A stretch of 64,000 nt of DNA from Felis catus (Eukaryota): NCBI RefSeq assembly GCF_018350175.1, contig NC_058368.1, positions 226,054,001 through 226,118,000 on the forward strand. The letters run 5' to 3'. This document shows positions 1 to 11,668 of the stretch, one piece after another. Below the pieces are notes generated by a model that saw only the letters and a program-made list of their open reading frames with translations, had not been told where the DNA came from and made no database searches. Both the position numbers and the translations under genes were made by a program. Numbering within the stretch: the stretch's first letter is position 1; the number at the start of each line of letters is the position of its first letter.

Positions 1-151
1 TTCATTGCATATATTAAGTATGAAATTTCCTGTGAGCAATAATAAATGTGATTTATAAGTCACAAATTTGTGTGGAATCTATTTCTTATTCTCTTGAGGA
101 CAGTTCCAAGAACCATAAAAAAATAGAAAAATATCTAAAACAATTGGAGAT

Positions 152-869
152 CATGCCAGTCAGAGTGGCTAAAGTGAACAAATCAGGAGACTATAGATGC
201 TGGCGAGGATGTGGAGAAACGGGAACCCTCTTGCACTGTTGGTGGGAATGCAAACTGGTGCAGCCGCTCTGGAAAACAGTGTGGAGGTTCCTCAAAAAAT
301 TAAAAATAGACCTACCCTATGACCCAGCAATAGCACTGCTAGGAATTTACCCTAGGGATACAGGAGTGCTGATGCATAGGGGCACTTGTACCCCAATGTT
401 TATAGCAGCACTTTCAATAATAGACAAATTATGGAAAGAACCTAAATGTCCATCAACTGATGAATGGATAAAGAAATGTGGTTTACATACACGATGGAAT
501 ACTACATGGCAATGAGAAAGAATGAAATATGGTCCTTTGTAGCAACGTGGATGGCACTGGAGAGTGTTATGCTAAGTGAAATAAGTCATACAGAGAAAGA
601 CAGATACCATGTGTTTTCACTCTTATGTGGATCCTGAGAAACTTAACAGAAGACCATGCGGGAGGGGAAGGAAAAAAAAAAGGTTAGAGAGGGAGGAAGC
701 CAAAACATAAGAGACTCTTAAAAACTGAGAACAAACTGAGGGTTGATGGGGGGGTGGGAGGGAGGGGAGGGTGGGTGAGGGGTATTGAGGAGGGCACCTG
801 TTGGGATGAGCACTGGGTGTTGTATGGAAATCAATTTGACAATAAAGTTCATATTTAAAAAATAATAAA
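152..869 (+). mobile_element. 5'-truncated young feline LINE-1 (ORF2 C-terminus, 3'UTR, A-tail)
   Basis: Translation [52 protein letters not shown] is the L1 ORF2 Cys-rich C-terminus. G-rich 3'UTR tract ~747-783; AATAAA at 841. Perfect TSD TAAAACAATTGGAGAT at 136-151 and 870-885. Confidence 0.95.
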
Positions 870-1019
870 TAAAACAATTGGAGATTTATTTGTTTGTGGA
901 ATCATCTTTGTTTCAGTTCATCCTACAAAATATATTTTGAAATACAACTAGCTTATTTATATTCCTATCATCAAAATTATACGGAAATTAAAACATGTAA
1001 TTTTAAGTCTCTCTTCATT

Positions 1020-1282
1020 ATTTTATTTTATTTTATTTTATTTTATTTTATTTTATTTTATTTTATTTTATTTTAAATTTATATATTTTTCAGAGACAGA
1101 GTGAGACAGGGTACAAGCAGGGGAGGGGCAGAGAAAGAAGAAGACACCGAATCTGAAGCAGTCTCTAGGCTCCGAGCAAGCGTTCAGTACAGAGCCCAAC
1201 AAGGGGCTCGAACCCATGAACCCTGAGATCATGACCTGAGCCGAAGTCAGTCACTTAACCGACTGAACCACCGAGGTGCCCC
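1020..1282 (-). mobile_element. Can-SINE with (TTTTA)n-expanded tail
   Basis: Reverse-complement tRNA-like head ends GGTGCCCC at 1282. TSD AAG(T/G)CTCTCTTCATT at 1005-1019 and 1283-1297. Confidence 0.92.
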
Positions 1283-1439
1283 AAGGCTCTCTTCATTTTA
1301 ATCACTCAAGGAACATACTAATTTTTTATGATTTTGAGTAAATCATTTTCTTCTGCTTTTTTAAAAATTAAAAGTGAACTTTATTACAAAATTAGTGAAT
1401 ATAAATTGTAAAAAATTTTAAATAAAAATAAAAAAATTA

Positions 1440-2482
1440 AAACAGGACAACCTACAGAATGGGAGAAGATACTTGCAAATGATATTTTCTGATAAAAGTT
1501 TAATATCCCAAACATAGAAAGAACATACATAACCCAACCCCAGAAAAAACAAATAGTCCCATTAAAAATGGGCAGAGGACCTGAATAGACATTTTTCCAA
1601 AGAAGACATACAGATGGCCAACAGACACAATGAAAAGATGCTCGACATCACTAATCATCAGGGAAATGCAAATCAAAAACCACAATGAGATATCACCTCA
1701 CGTCTGTCAGAATGGCTAAAATCAAAAAGATAAGATATAACAAATGTTTACGAGGATGTGGTGAAAAAGGAGCCTTTGTGAACTGTTGGTGGGAATGTAC
1801 ATTGGTGCAGCCACCCTGGAAAACAGTATGGAGTTTCCTCAAAAAATTGAAAATAAGAATACCAGTAAATATGATCCAATAATTCCACTACTGACTATTT
1901 ATCCAAAGAAAATGAATAAACTAATTCAAAATGATATATGCCCTTCTTATGTTTATTTCAGCATTATTTATGATAGCCAAGATATGGAAGCAATCAAGTG
2001 TCCATCAATAGATGAATAAAGACGATGTGGTGTGTGTATGTGTGTGTGTGTATGTGTGTGTGTGTATGTATGTGCACATATATACATGCACACACATGTA
2101 TGTACATACACACACACACAGGAATATTACTCAGCCATAATAAAGGATGAAATCTTGCCATTTGCAACAATGTGGATGGATCTAGAGGGTATAATGCCAA
2201 GTAAAATAAGTCGAAGAAAGACAAATATCATATGATTTTTACTTGTGTGTGAAATTTAAGAAACAAAACAAATGAACAAATAAATGAACAAAATACAGAC
2301 TCTTAATACAGAGATAAACTGATGGCTATGAGAGAAGTGGGTGAGGGATGGGTAAATAGGTGATGGGGATTAAGAGTACACTTATCATGGTGAGCAGTGA
2401 GTAATATATAGAATTGTTGAATCACTCTAGTGTACATCTGAAACTAATATAACACTGTATGCTAATTATACTGGAATTTAAA
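1440..2482 (+). mobile_element. Carnivore LINE-1 fragment (degenerate ORF2 end and 3'UTR)
   Basis: Translates [35 protein letters not shown]; carries L1 3'UTR motifs and an internal TG/CA microsatellite. Confidence 0.92.
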
Positions 2483-3033
2483 AGAAAGATGTGGTATAAA
2501 TGCACAGTGGAATATTACTCAGCCATAAAAGAGAATGAGATCTTGCCATTTGTGACCACATGGATGGACCTAGAGGGTATTACGCTAAGTGAAGTGAGCG
2601 TAATTTCATTTGTCTTTCTCTGAGAAAGACAAATACAATATGATTTCTCTGAGAAAGACAAATACCATATGATTTCACTTATATGTGGAATCTAAAAGTC
2701 AAACGAACAGATAAAAAAAGCTGAAACGGACCCGTAACGTAAATACAGAGAACATGATGGTTGCCAATGGAGAGTGGGGTTGGGGAATGGGCAAATGTAG
2801 GTGAAGGGGAATGGGAGATACAAGCTTCTAGTTACGGAATGAATAAGTCACAGGGATGAAAGGGCACAGCATAGGGAATACAGTCAGTGGTATCGTAATA
2901 GCACTGCATGGTGACAGACGGTAGCTACATTTGTGGTGAGCATACCATAATGTATAGAATGGTTGAATCACTATGTTGTACATCTGAAACTAATGTACCA
3001 TTATGTGCCAACTATACCTCAATAAAAAAAGAA
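2483..3033 (+). mobile_element. Second LINE-1 3' end (different, longer 3'UTR type)
   Basis: GGAATATTACTCAGCCATAAAA..GAATCACTATGTTGTACATCTGAAACTAAT..AATAAAAAAA. Confidence 0.9.
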
Positions 3034-3094
3034 AAAAGAAGATTAAAATACTATATTCCCAACACTAGTAGCACTATAATGAATACAGTTGTAA

Positions 3095-3098
<4 letters not shown>

Positions 3099-3140
<42 letters not shown>
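3099..3140. repeat. (AT)21 microsatellite
   Basis: Read directly from the sequence. Confidence 0.95.
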
Positions 3141-3154
<14 letters not shown>

Positions 3155-3327
3155 AGAGACGAGAGAGCCCGAGTGGGGGAGGGGGCCATAGAGAGTGAGA
3201 GAGTCTTAAGCAGGCTTTATACTCAGCATGGAACCCAATGCACGGCTCAATCCCACGACCCTGGGACCACAACCCGAGCTGAAATCAGGAGTCGAATGCT
3301 CAACCAGCTGAGCCACCCAGGTGCCCC
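3141..3327 (-). mobile_element. Can-SINE
   Basis: Poly-T, GA-rich linker, head ending CTGAGCCACCCAGGTGCCCC. Confidence 0.9.
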
Positions 3328-3562
3328 ATATACATATACATTTTTAAAAAAAATGAAATAGCATATATAATGTGTATGAATGATTTGTTTTTGTCAGTTG
3401 ACATTTTCCATTTTTCCATGTAAATGAAACTATCCCATTTAGTATCCAAGCCACGTTAAATTGCCCTAATTATACCCAAAATGTCTTTAAAGCTTCCCAA
3501 GAAGAATCTCCATCAGGACTGTCTATTGCATCCTGTTGTTATGTTAAGTCTGTAATCTAGAA

Positions 3563-3767
3563 CAAGGGCTGCTGGCCAAATTCATCAGGCTGCTGGTTTT
3601 TATAAATAAAGTTTTGTGGGAACACAGACACTCATTTATTTAGGGCCGTCCATGACTGCTTTCACTCTATAAAGGAAGAGTTGAGTAGTCATGACATAGG
3701 CCATGTAGCCCACAAAGTCTGAAGTGTTTCTATTTGGCCCTTTTCAAAAAAGATTTGTTTACCCCCA
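3563..3767 (+). mobile_element. MER58A-like hAT-Charlie MITE
   Basis: GGCCAAAT..TTTTTATAAATAAAGTTTT..GGAACACAG..GAGTTGAGTAGT..TGGCCCTTTT. 8-bp TSD ATCTAGAA at 3555-3562 and 3768-3775. Flanks look like an old antisense L1M relic. Confidence 0.85.
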
Positions 3768-4699
3768 ATCTAGAATAGAACAGTCTTCTTTTTTAATGAC
3801 TCTGAATTGCTGATGTGACTGGGGCAGTTGTCCTCCAGAATGTCACAGTTTCTGGATTTATCTGGTTGCTTCCTATAGTATCTTAGTTTATTCTTCCTAC
3901 TGGATGTTTTTTCCCATTTCATTACAGTAATCTCAATTACCTTAGTGTCAGTATGACCAGGATTTCATAGATACTAAAAGGATACATTAAATGAAATGAA
4001 TGAAGAGAATTCTCTGATCCTGCCAAAACTTAGTTTATGGGGATAAACTCTTTCACTGTATCAATAGAAAGAAATACTTCAAATGAAAATATCTTGGGAG
4101 AAAGTATAATGGATGAGGCAGCACAGCCAATGGCTGGGTTTTAAAGCAGGGGAAGGGGAGACGTAGGGAAGATAAAATGCTGTTGGAAAGCCAGTCATAC
4201 CAAGGTGTGAGTGGTCCAGGCTTGTGACAAAGAGAAGCACAAGGCCTGCAGAAAGGCTTTGTTTTCCTGAAAGAGTGGAGAGATAACAAACCATAAAGAA
4301 GAGAAAGTTGAATATCAAAGACAAACTCTTTATTCTAAAATTTTGTCTGGAGCCAATTCTGAGCAGTAAGCATTGTGTAGTGTCCAACCATTTCAAACTC
4401 ATTCGTGTTTCCATCTTCTCTATGGGAGGCATTGCATGGTGGTGGAGAGGCATAAGGAAGACCTACCACTTGCCTAGCACTGTTCTGATTACATTTCTGT
4501 AGCATTATTATCTATAAATTTCAAGTATCCTCGAGTGGCCTAACTCTATCTTTATCATGCAGTATTCAGTATCGGCCAATGAGTCACAGCAGAATAATTT
4601 GAAAAGTAACAACAGGATAATTTGAAAACTGTCGTAATGTTTGATACAACACTGGCTTTTTAGGTGCTAGATAGTTCTCTGGTGACCTTTGATTACAGC

Positions 4700-5190
4700 A
4701 TGTGAAATGACTTCTGCCCAAAGACCGGTTGATTAAGCAAAGCTGAGTTCACTAAACTTCCCGCCGCAAAGGAGATTGTCACCTTATCTTGGAGGAAGTT
4801 AGGGAAGGATTTCTTCCGAAGGAATTTTGAGGTCTGGGACAAATGTTTAAGATGGGTCTTTCAAAGCAGGGACTGGGTGAGGCCAATGACAAAAATTTAG
4901 GTGTGGTGAACATATATGGCAAAGCAAGGTTCTGATGAGCAAGCTCTTTGAATAGGGAAGGAAATCTTTGTTCTGACAGGAGAGCTGTTTGCCCAGATGA
5001 GCAAACTGTCTGCCTTGATAAATTGACTTGTAAGCATTTCCTGAAACAAATGGTGAGGTTAATTATTGGTTTCTAGTCTTTCTCTTCCAAGGTATAAATT
5101 ACCTGGAACAATCAGGTCATATTAATATAGACGGTCTCAGTTTTCAGTCCTAATGGCTGAGTTATGTTGACGCAGATGGTCTCATGCCTC
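4700..5190. mobile_element. Possible old ERV LTR fragment
   Basis: LTR-like motif AAGCAAAGCTGAGTTCACTAA (resembles a reverse polyA region); family not identified. Confidence 0.3.
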
Positions 5191-5634
5191 AAGAACTTGG
5201 TGGAAATTAAACAAAAACAAAAACCTAAGACGTAAAATTATTGCCTTAAGTATTTTTATATATTAATAAGGAATATTTGTTTTGTTATACCAACGTTATA
5301 TTGGAAATTTTCCAATTTGCTTTCAATGAATATTTAACTATTTTAATCATTTATTTTGAGTTACCCAATTATTTATAAGAATAAATATTAAAAACATGAT
5401 CGTGAACATACTGGTCTTTTTCCCTTAGTGATAATTATAGCTGCTTAGACAACTTTTGGAAATTAAAAGAATATGTCAAAGTTAACATGCTAATTAACAG
5501 CATCCGAAATGTTGTTTCTAATTAAATATGTGGAAGGAATCTATGTGTTTGAACAAGATATGACAAAAACAATTTTGCCAATTAAAATGATTTCCTAAGA
5601 TACTTTATATAATAGTTTTTCATTTATACTTCTT

Positions 5635-5760
5635 ACATTTAATAGGTATTTATTGGGCATCTACCATTTACAAGGTACCATGTGCAATCTCTAGAGAATT
5701 CAGGCCCTCCCTGACCTCCAGGAGCGGACAGTTTAATAAAATAGATGACAGAGAAAACTA
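5635..5760 (-). mobile_element. LINE-2 3' end relic
   Basis: CATTTAATAGGTATTTATTGGGCATCTACCAT..GGCCCTCCCTGACCTCCAGGAGC. Confidence 0.6.
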
Positions 5761-6337
5761 TAAGTAAGGGATATTTTATGCAAATCAAGAGGAGTCATAG
5801 AAAGTACTTCCCAATGATAGTGTTAAAGTATAATTTTTTAAAAAGTTAAAAACATGAGTCTAATGCAAATAGAGAATGACGTGAGTCAGAGTTTTATTAA
5901 CTCATTAGTGAAAGAACTATTAAAATGATAAAGCTGGTCCAAAGATCATTTTGAGGAATTGGGTATTTATTGGCACTTTGAGAAAAGAATGTTAAAATAT
6001 GACAGGTAGGTTAGGTACAAAATTAGCTAATGTCCTATAGGGCAATAAAATCATAACCTCGAAGATTATGTTTTCTTCCAGAATAAAATCTGCAAGTAAA
6101 TAGTAATTCCACACAGTCGAAGATTCTTAATTAATAGTAAATAGCAAATTCAAATGCAGGAATTCCCTGAGATAATTAAATAATCTTTATATGAGCCTAT
6201 TATATGTGACTTTGGAAGTAGTGTTTTCATATGGGAGTTCCAAAGTGACATTTCTTGGGGATGTTATTCTAAATCCTGAATCCCAAGAAAAATCAGTTGA
6301 GAAAAGGGGAAACAGGACAAAGTATTAAAATTCTCTT

Positions 6338-6545
6338 GGGGCGCCTGGGTGGCGCAGTTGGTTAAGCGTCCGACTTCAGCCAGGTCACGATCTCGCGGTC
6401 CGTGAGTTCGAGCCCCGCGTGGGGCTCTGGGCTGATGGCTCAGAGCCTGGAGCCTGTTTCCGATTCTGTGTCTCCCTCTCTCTCTGCCCCTCCCCCGTTC
6501 ATGCTCTGTCTCTCTCTGTCCCAAAAATAAATAAACGTTGAAAAA
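6338..6545 (+). mobile_element. Young feline Can-SINE (SINEC_Fc-like)
   Basis: GGGGCGCCTGGGTGGCGCAG..GTTCGAGCCCCG, CpG-rich. TSD AAAATTCTCTT at 6327-6337 and 6546-6556. Confidence 0.97.
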
Positions 6546-6739
6546 AAAATTCTCTTACAAGAGTTAAAACTTTTATCAGTGTAGAGACATTACTGGCTCA
6601 AAGGAATCCACTGACACCAAGTAGAAAGCAAGGGCAGTAAATGATCATACACAGAGGAGAAGGTTAAGTTAATGTTTCTAGGAATGTTTCGATGTAAAGT
6701 TTTAGACCATTTTTCTTAACAGACACAAGAAGGATCAGA

Positions 6740-7330
6740 AAACACTCTTAGAGAAAGCTGTGGACGAGGAATAGTTTAAACACGCAAAAACACAGATGGG
6801 GTGTGGGTAGGAGAAAAGAAGGGCTTTCTAAGCAAAGGGAACTCTGCGAACAGAAGCAGAACGTTTGGAAAGTGTGCGGAATCTATAAAACCTATAAACA
6901 AGGGAAGATGAAGGTTGGGCCAGATGGTAGGAGGTCTTAAGTTCCAAGATAGGATTTGAGTTTTATTCTGTGAGCAGAGTAGTTACGTGACTGTAGATGG
7001 GTTTTGTGTACATAATTAAGGCTGCAGATTTTTGGAAGGGGGTGAGAGAAGCTAGGTTAAAGGAGTGATAGCACTGGAGTCGGGCAGATGGGTTAGGACA
7101 ATGTCACAGTATAAGTTAGATGTAACTCTGGCCTAGACTAGGTTAGCAGCGGTAGGAGTAGAGATTAAAGGGAAACAGGTACACTGCTATCTTGGTTGCA
7201 GATGCCAAAAGGTAGGTCAAATGCTTGGATGTATTAGGGGGTGAAGAGGGGCTGATAGGAAGGCAACAAGAGTTTTAGAAAAAATAAATGTGAGACTGGA
7301 ATATTCGTATAGGAAATATGGAAAAAGTAG
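6740..7330 (-). mobile_element. LINE-2 relic
   Basis: Purine-rich L2-type motifs GGGCCAGATGGTAGGAGGTCTT..GATTTGAGTTTTATTCTG. Confidence 0.55.
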
Positions 7331-8076
7331 CAGGCACTTTCTGCTTTGCCATTAAAATGGCTTACTATGATGATCGTCTTACCAATAAATTTGAATATTC
7401 ATCAAAAGAAAGGTTTTCTGTAAATTATTTAATTTGAAATAAATTTTGTTTCTGTATCAAAGTTACGGAAAAGTTAAAAACTTTTTTTTTTTTTTTTCCA
7501 AAATACATTCTCCCTTTTTCAGGAGAAGGTCAGTTAGACAATAATCAACATACTACAAAGACAGTTGGCTTTGGAAATAAGCCAACCCAGAGAGCAAGGT
7601 TCTGGATAGAAACTCAGCAATTGGGTAGCCCAAACTTAGGTACTCTTGAGTCTGTGTCTTAGTCAGTTATCTACTGGCCATTTGGTATTATGAACGGACA
7701 GTGAGGAAAACAAGGGCAAGTGTTTTGGAGATAGGAAGGGGGATGGGTTGGGGGGAGGGAGTATCTCTAGCAGAAAGGTGACAAACTTTATTAAAGAAAG
7801 AGAACAAACTCTATTATACATCCATGAGAAAATGGAACATTAACATCAATACTAATGCTACTGACTCATTAATTCATTCACTCCTTTGTAATTAATTCTT
7901 ATTCTGAGAATCTTGAATTAGCCATCTGTTTTCATGAAGTTTCCTCCTTCTGCACTAGAGAGAGTCCTGGATATTCTGACTAAGTACACTTTTGGTCTTG
8001 GTTTTTCTAAGCTATAGAATGGCTATACTTTCGGAGTGTGTTGATATATACATTATGGGATGTGTGTATTTGGCAT

Positions 8077-8079
8077 GTG

Positions 8080-8113
<34 letters not shown>
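8077..8113. repeat. (TG)n microsatellite
   Basis: Read directly from the sequence. Confidence 0.9.
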
Positions 8114-9729
8114 GCTTAGTTAACTATGTTTCAGTATTTTATTTCACATAGAAATTATCTTGATACCCAAACATTCTCCATTAATTAACTTAATTTAATT
8201 GTAGTCTAGGATGAAAAATTATCTAAGTACCTTAGATACTATTTTTAAAATTACTTTTACAAAATGTTAGAATCATGTTTTAATTTAGTTGAACACACAA
8301 TTTTATATTTTTTACATTGCTAAACATTATACAGATGTTAGTTATCTGATCAATAAACTGATATAAATCATTTAAGGAATCAGATTAACTAAGCTCTTAA
8401 AAAAACTAAAAAAAACCCATATGGTTTGTATAATGTGCTTCACTGATAACATGCCACACTGATATCAAAGAAAAGATATATAGTTGGTGTTACTTGTTTT
8501 TTTTTAATCAAAATCATTAAATAAGTCTGACTTGTCTAAAATTCACTTTAAATATGGGAACCTGAATTCCTTTTTAAAAGAAGCTTCTGAGCCAGTGGTT
8601 TCTTTTGTTTAGTTTTACTTAAAAAGCCTAGCATAATAAAAGTATTAGAAACTGAGTTTCTTTATTTTCTGAAAATTCTGGCAAATTATTGACATGCAAA
8701 TACATATTTATTTCCATAAACCAATCAAACAGAAGTTCTTTAAGAGGTGTTATAATCTAATTGAATAATAACCTCTAGTGGTAGGAGAATATTTATGGAG
8801 AGGTAGAGACCTTTTCCAGGTTCAGATACACAGGTATCCAAAGAGAATGTACTTCAAGGTCCCACAGGTCAGAGTGAACACAGACACATGACGCCTCACC
8901 TGTCTTGTTCTCAAAGAACCATTCTTCATCCGAGATCACATATAGGCAAGGATAAAGAAAAGACTAACAAATTGGATACTCTGTTGTTTTTCACCAACTC
9001 AACCAACACACCTGACTAAATTGCCAAACCATTAAACCAGATTCCCAGCCATCATTCTCCTAATGCTGCTGCTGCTGCTGCTGCTGGTAACTTATCTGCT
9101 ATGTATGAAGTCATAGCCACTTGGACAAAGAGTTTGCAGCTTCCCACACAAACCAGAACGAGAACCAAATTTGGCCAAGATCCAAAAGCAAAAGGAAGGG
9201 CTCAGCATCAAGTTACAAAAAGAAAGAAACAGAGTGAGCAAAAGTAAATGTTCTAGTGTGCTGGAATCCCCCCGGGTCCTAGAAAAGATGAACCTACGAG
9301 AAACACTTCTTGGATAGCGTGGTTTAATTTGTTCTGGCACAAATTACCTGGACATGTTCGACCATCTCCAAGCAAAGTCCCATTTGGGGAAAGTTAAAAA
9401 CATTACCTGCTTTCAGATACAGAAAGAGCACATGCCAAAAGTTTTACTCTTGTTAATCAATGAAGGAACCGGCAGGATCACAGGACTGATTGAAAGAAGA
9501 ATTCCTGGAACAGGGATTTATGTCACCAGAAATTCAGAGGAATGCAGAAATAAATGTTCTAATGGCTACAAAATTGGTTAGTGTCCAATGGGACTATACA
9601 AGTTTAATAACTGGAGCTGTCATTTCTGGTGGACTGACATCTACAAGTAAGCTTTTAACTTTATAATGTCTGTGCTTTAATCAAATATAGTTAAGAGTGA
9701 TGTTTCACACAGGTGCGTTTGTCTAAATA

Positions 9730-10310
9730 ATTAATTATGACGTGTGGGATCTTGAAGGCTTTGAATAGACTTTGGATTTTAACCAAAATGCAGTTTGCAG
9801 CAGAGTGATGATAGTAGCTTGGATTAGGGAATTGGCAAGGGGAACCAAGAATGCTCTTGAGATATATTTTAAGGAGGAAGATCCCCCAGATGATTATTAG
9901 ATTACTGGCATGAGCATTTGGGGGTATTTGGGTGGCATTTATTGAGACACAGAACTGGAGGGAGAACAGATGAAAGCAGGGATGGGGAGGTTAACTTGGG
10001 AAGCACTAGGTTAGAGATGTCTGTGAGATAGGCAAAGGCTATGTTAAGTAGACAATTGGGTGTTGGGTCTGGGGCTCAGCAGAGAGGGCAGGGTAAGACT
10101 TAGCGGTGCGGGGATGCAAAGTATTAGATATGGATGACCTCCATGAGGAGAGATTGTGAACGAGATGTGAGCTCAGAATGGGGCCTTGGCACCCTACCCT
10201 GAGGGGTCAGCTGGTGGAGGAAGAGCCAGCAAACAAGACAGGCTGAGGGGCCAGTGAAGTAGGAGGACCTGGAGAGTCAAGAGGAGAGAGTGGGTTTTGA
10301 GAGTTTATCA
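9730..10310 (-). mobile_element. LINE-2 relic
   Basis: GGTGGCATTTATTGAGACA..GAGATGTCTGTGAGAT..GGGTCTGGGGCTCAG..GAGGAAGAGCCAGCAAA. Confidence 0.65.
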
Positions 10311-10330
10311 AAGAAAACTCAGTCACTATT

Positions 10331-10480
10331 TGTGTGCACTTGTGTCCCCTGAAAAATATATGTTGAAGTCCTAAGGCGCATTACTTCGGAATATGATTTT
10401 ACTTAGAAATGGGGTCATTACAGATGAAGATGAGGTCATCCTGGAGTTGGGTGGGCCCTTAATCCAATATGGCTGGTGTC
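10331..10480 (+). mobile_element. MLT1 (MaLR) LTR 5' part
   Basis: TGTGTCCCC..ATATGTTGAAGTCCTAA..GATGAGGTCAT..GGGCCCTTAATCCAATATGGCTGGTGTC. Confidence 0.8.
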
Positions 10481-10784
10481 TATTTGATTCATAAAGTGCC
10501 AAGCATTGGTGACTTGAGCAAGAGTGGCTTTGCCGAAGATAAGCAGAGCCAGACTGCCGTGGGGGATAAACTGCAGGAGATGAGAGGTGGGGGCAGCTTT
10601 CCAGGAACTGTGACCCCCAAACCTCCTATGCTTACAGAAGCTCTGACAAGGTTTGGGAAATGTGTACCTCCATGACAGTTGTATGTTAACAACCTTTCAC
10701 ATCATAATTTTAAATAATACCTATATCTATATCTATCCATGCATTCTTTTGGGTCTTGTATTCAATTTCAGCATGTGGAGGGGG

Positions 10785-11108
10785 TGAGGGTTTTTACGGA
10801 GGCCTCATTACATGGGCATGAGTGATTAAATCATTGGCCATTGGTGATTGAACTCAATCTCTAACTTCTCTCCTCTCTCTGGAGGTTGGGGGTGGGTAGG
10901 TGGGACTGCAAATTCCAGCCCTCTGTTCACATGGTGCTCCTAGCAACCAGTTCCTATCATTAGGTGGGTTCCAATAGCCACCTCATTAACATAAAAGGCA
11001 CATCTATCACTCTTTCACTTAGGAAATTCCAAGGGTCTTAGGAGCTGTGTGCCAGAAATGGCGATGAATACCAAATATAGATTTCTTATTATAGACCACA
11101 ATATCACA
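10785..11108 (-). mobile_element. MER21-like ERVL LTR fragment
   Basis: GATTAAATCATTGGCCATTGGTGATTGAACTCAATCTC..GGAAATTCCAAGGG..AGGAGCTGTGTGCCAG..CACAATATCACA. Confidence 0.75.
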
Positions 11109-11445
11109 GGCATATTGTAATAATTGAAATTTTAAGATAAAACTATTGTACGGTCCTTTAAAATATACCTAGTGGAATCAGCATGCAATCGCAATTTGAT
11201 ATTCAGTAATTCACTTGAAATATTCATGAACAAGTTGGAAATTTTATGCTGTTCTTTCCCTGTATAATCTTATTGTCATTTGATTTCTTCTACAGAATTT
11301 TATCATAATATATCATTATGTTTGGCAATCTTTTTTTTTTTAGCAGTCTTTGCAATAAAATAAAGACATTGACATTAAATTTTTAAAAAGGCCTATGACC
11401 ATAAACTTTGAAGCAGTAAATATTTTTCTTTTGGATTGATTTCTT

Positions 11446-11668
11446 CCTTTCTTTTTTCATGTTTATTTTATTGAGAGAGAGAGAGAGAGAATGAGTGAGC
11501 ACGTGTGATTGGGAGAGGGGCAGAGAGAGAGGGAAAGAGCAAATCCTAAGTATCACAGCTGACAGTGTAGACCCCATCACAGGGCACGATCTCACCAGCT
11601 GGAGATCATGACCTGAGCCAATATCAAGAGCCAAATGATTAACCAACTGAGCCATGCAGGGAGCTCCC
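11446..11668 (-). mobile_element. Can-SINE
   Basis: TSD TGGATTGATTTCTT at 11432-11445 and 11669-11682. Confidence 0.92.

Noticed and set aside
48..515. 155-aa ORF as a host gene
   Set aside because: It is an L1 ORF2 fragment fused by chance to flanking DNA, with a GTG start and a frameshift near the end.
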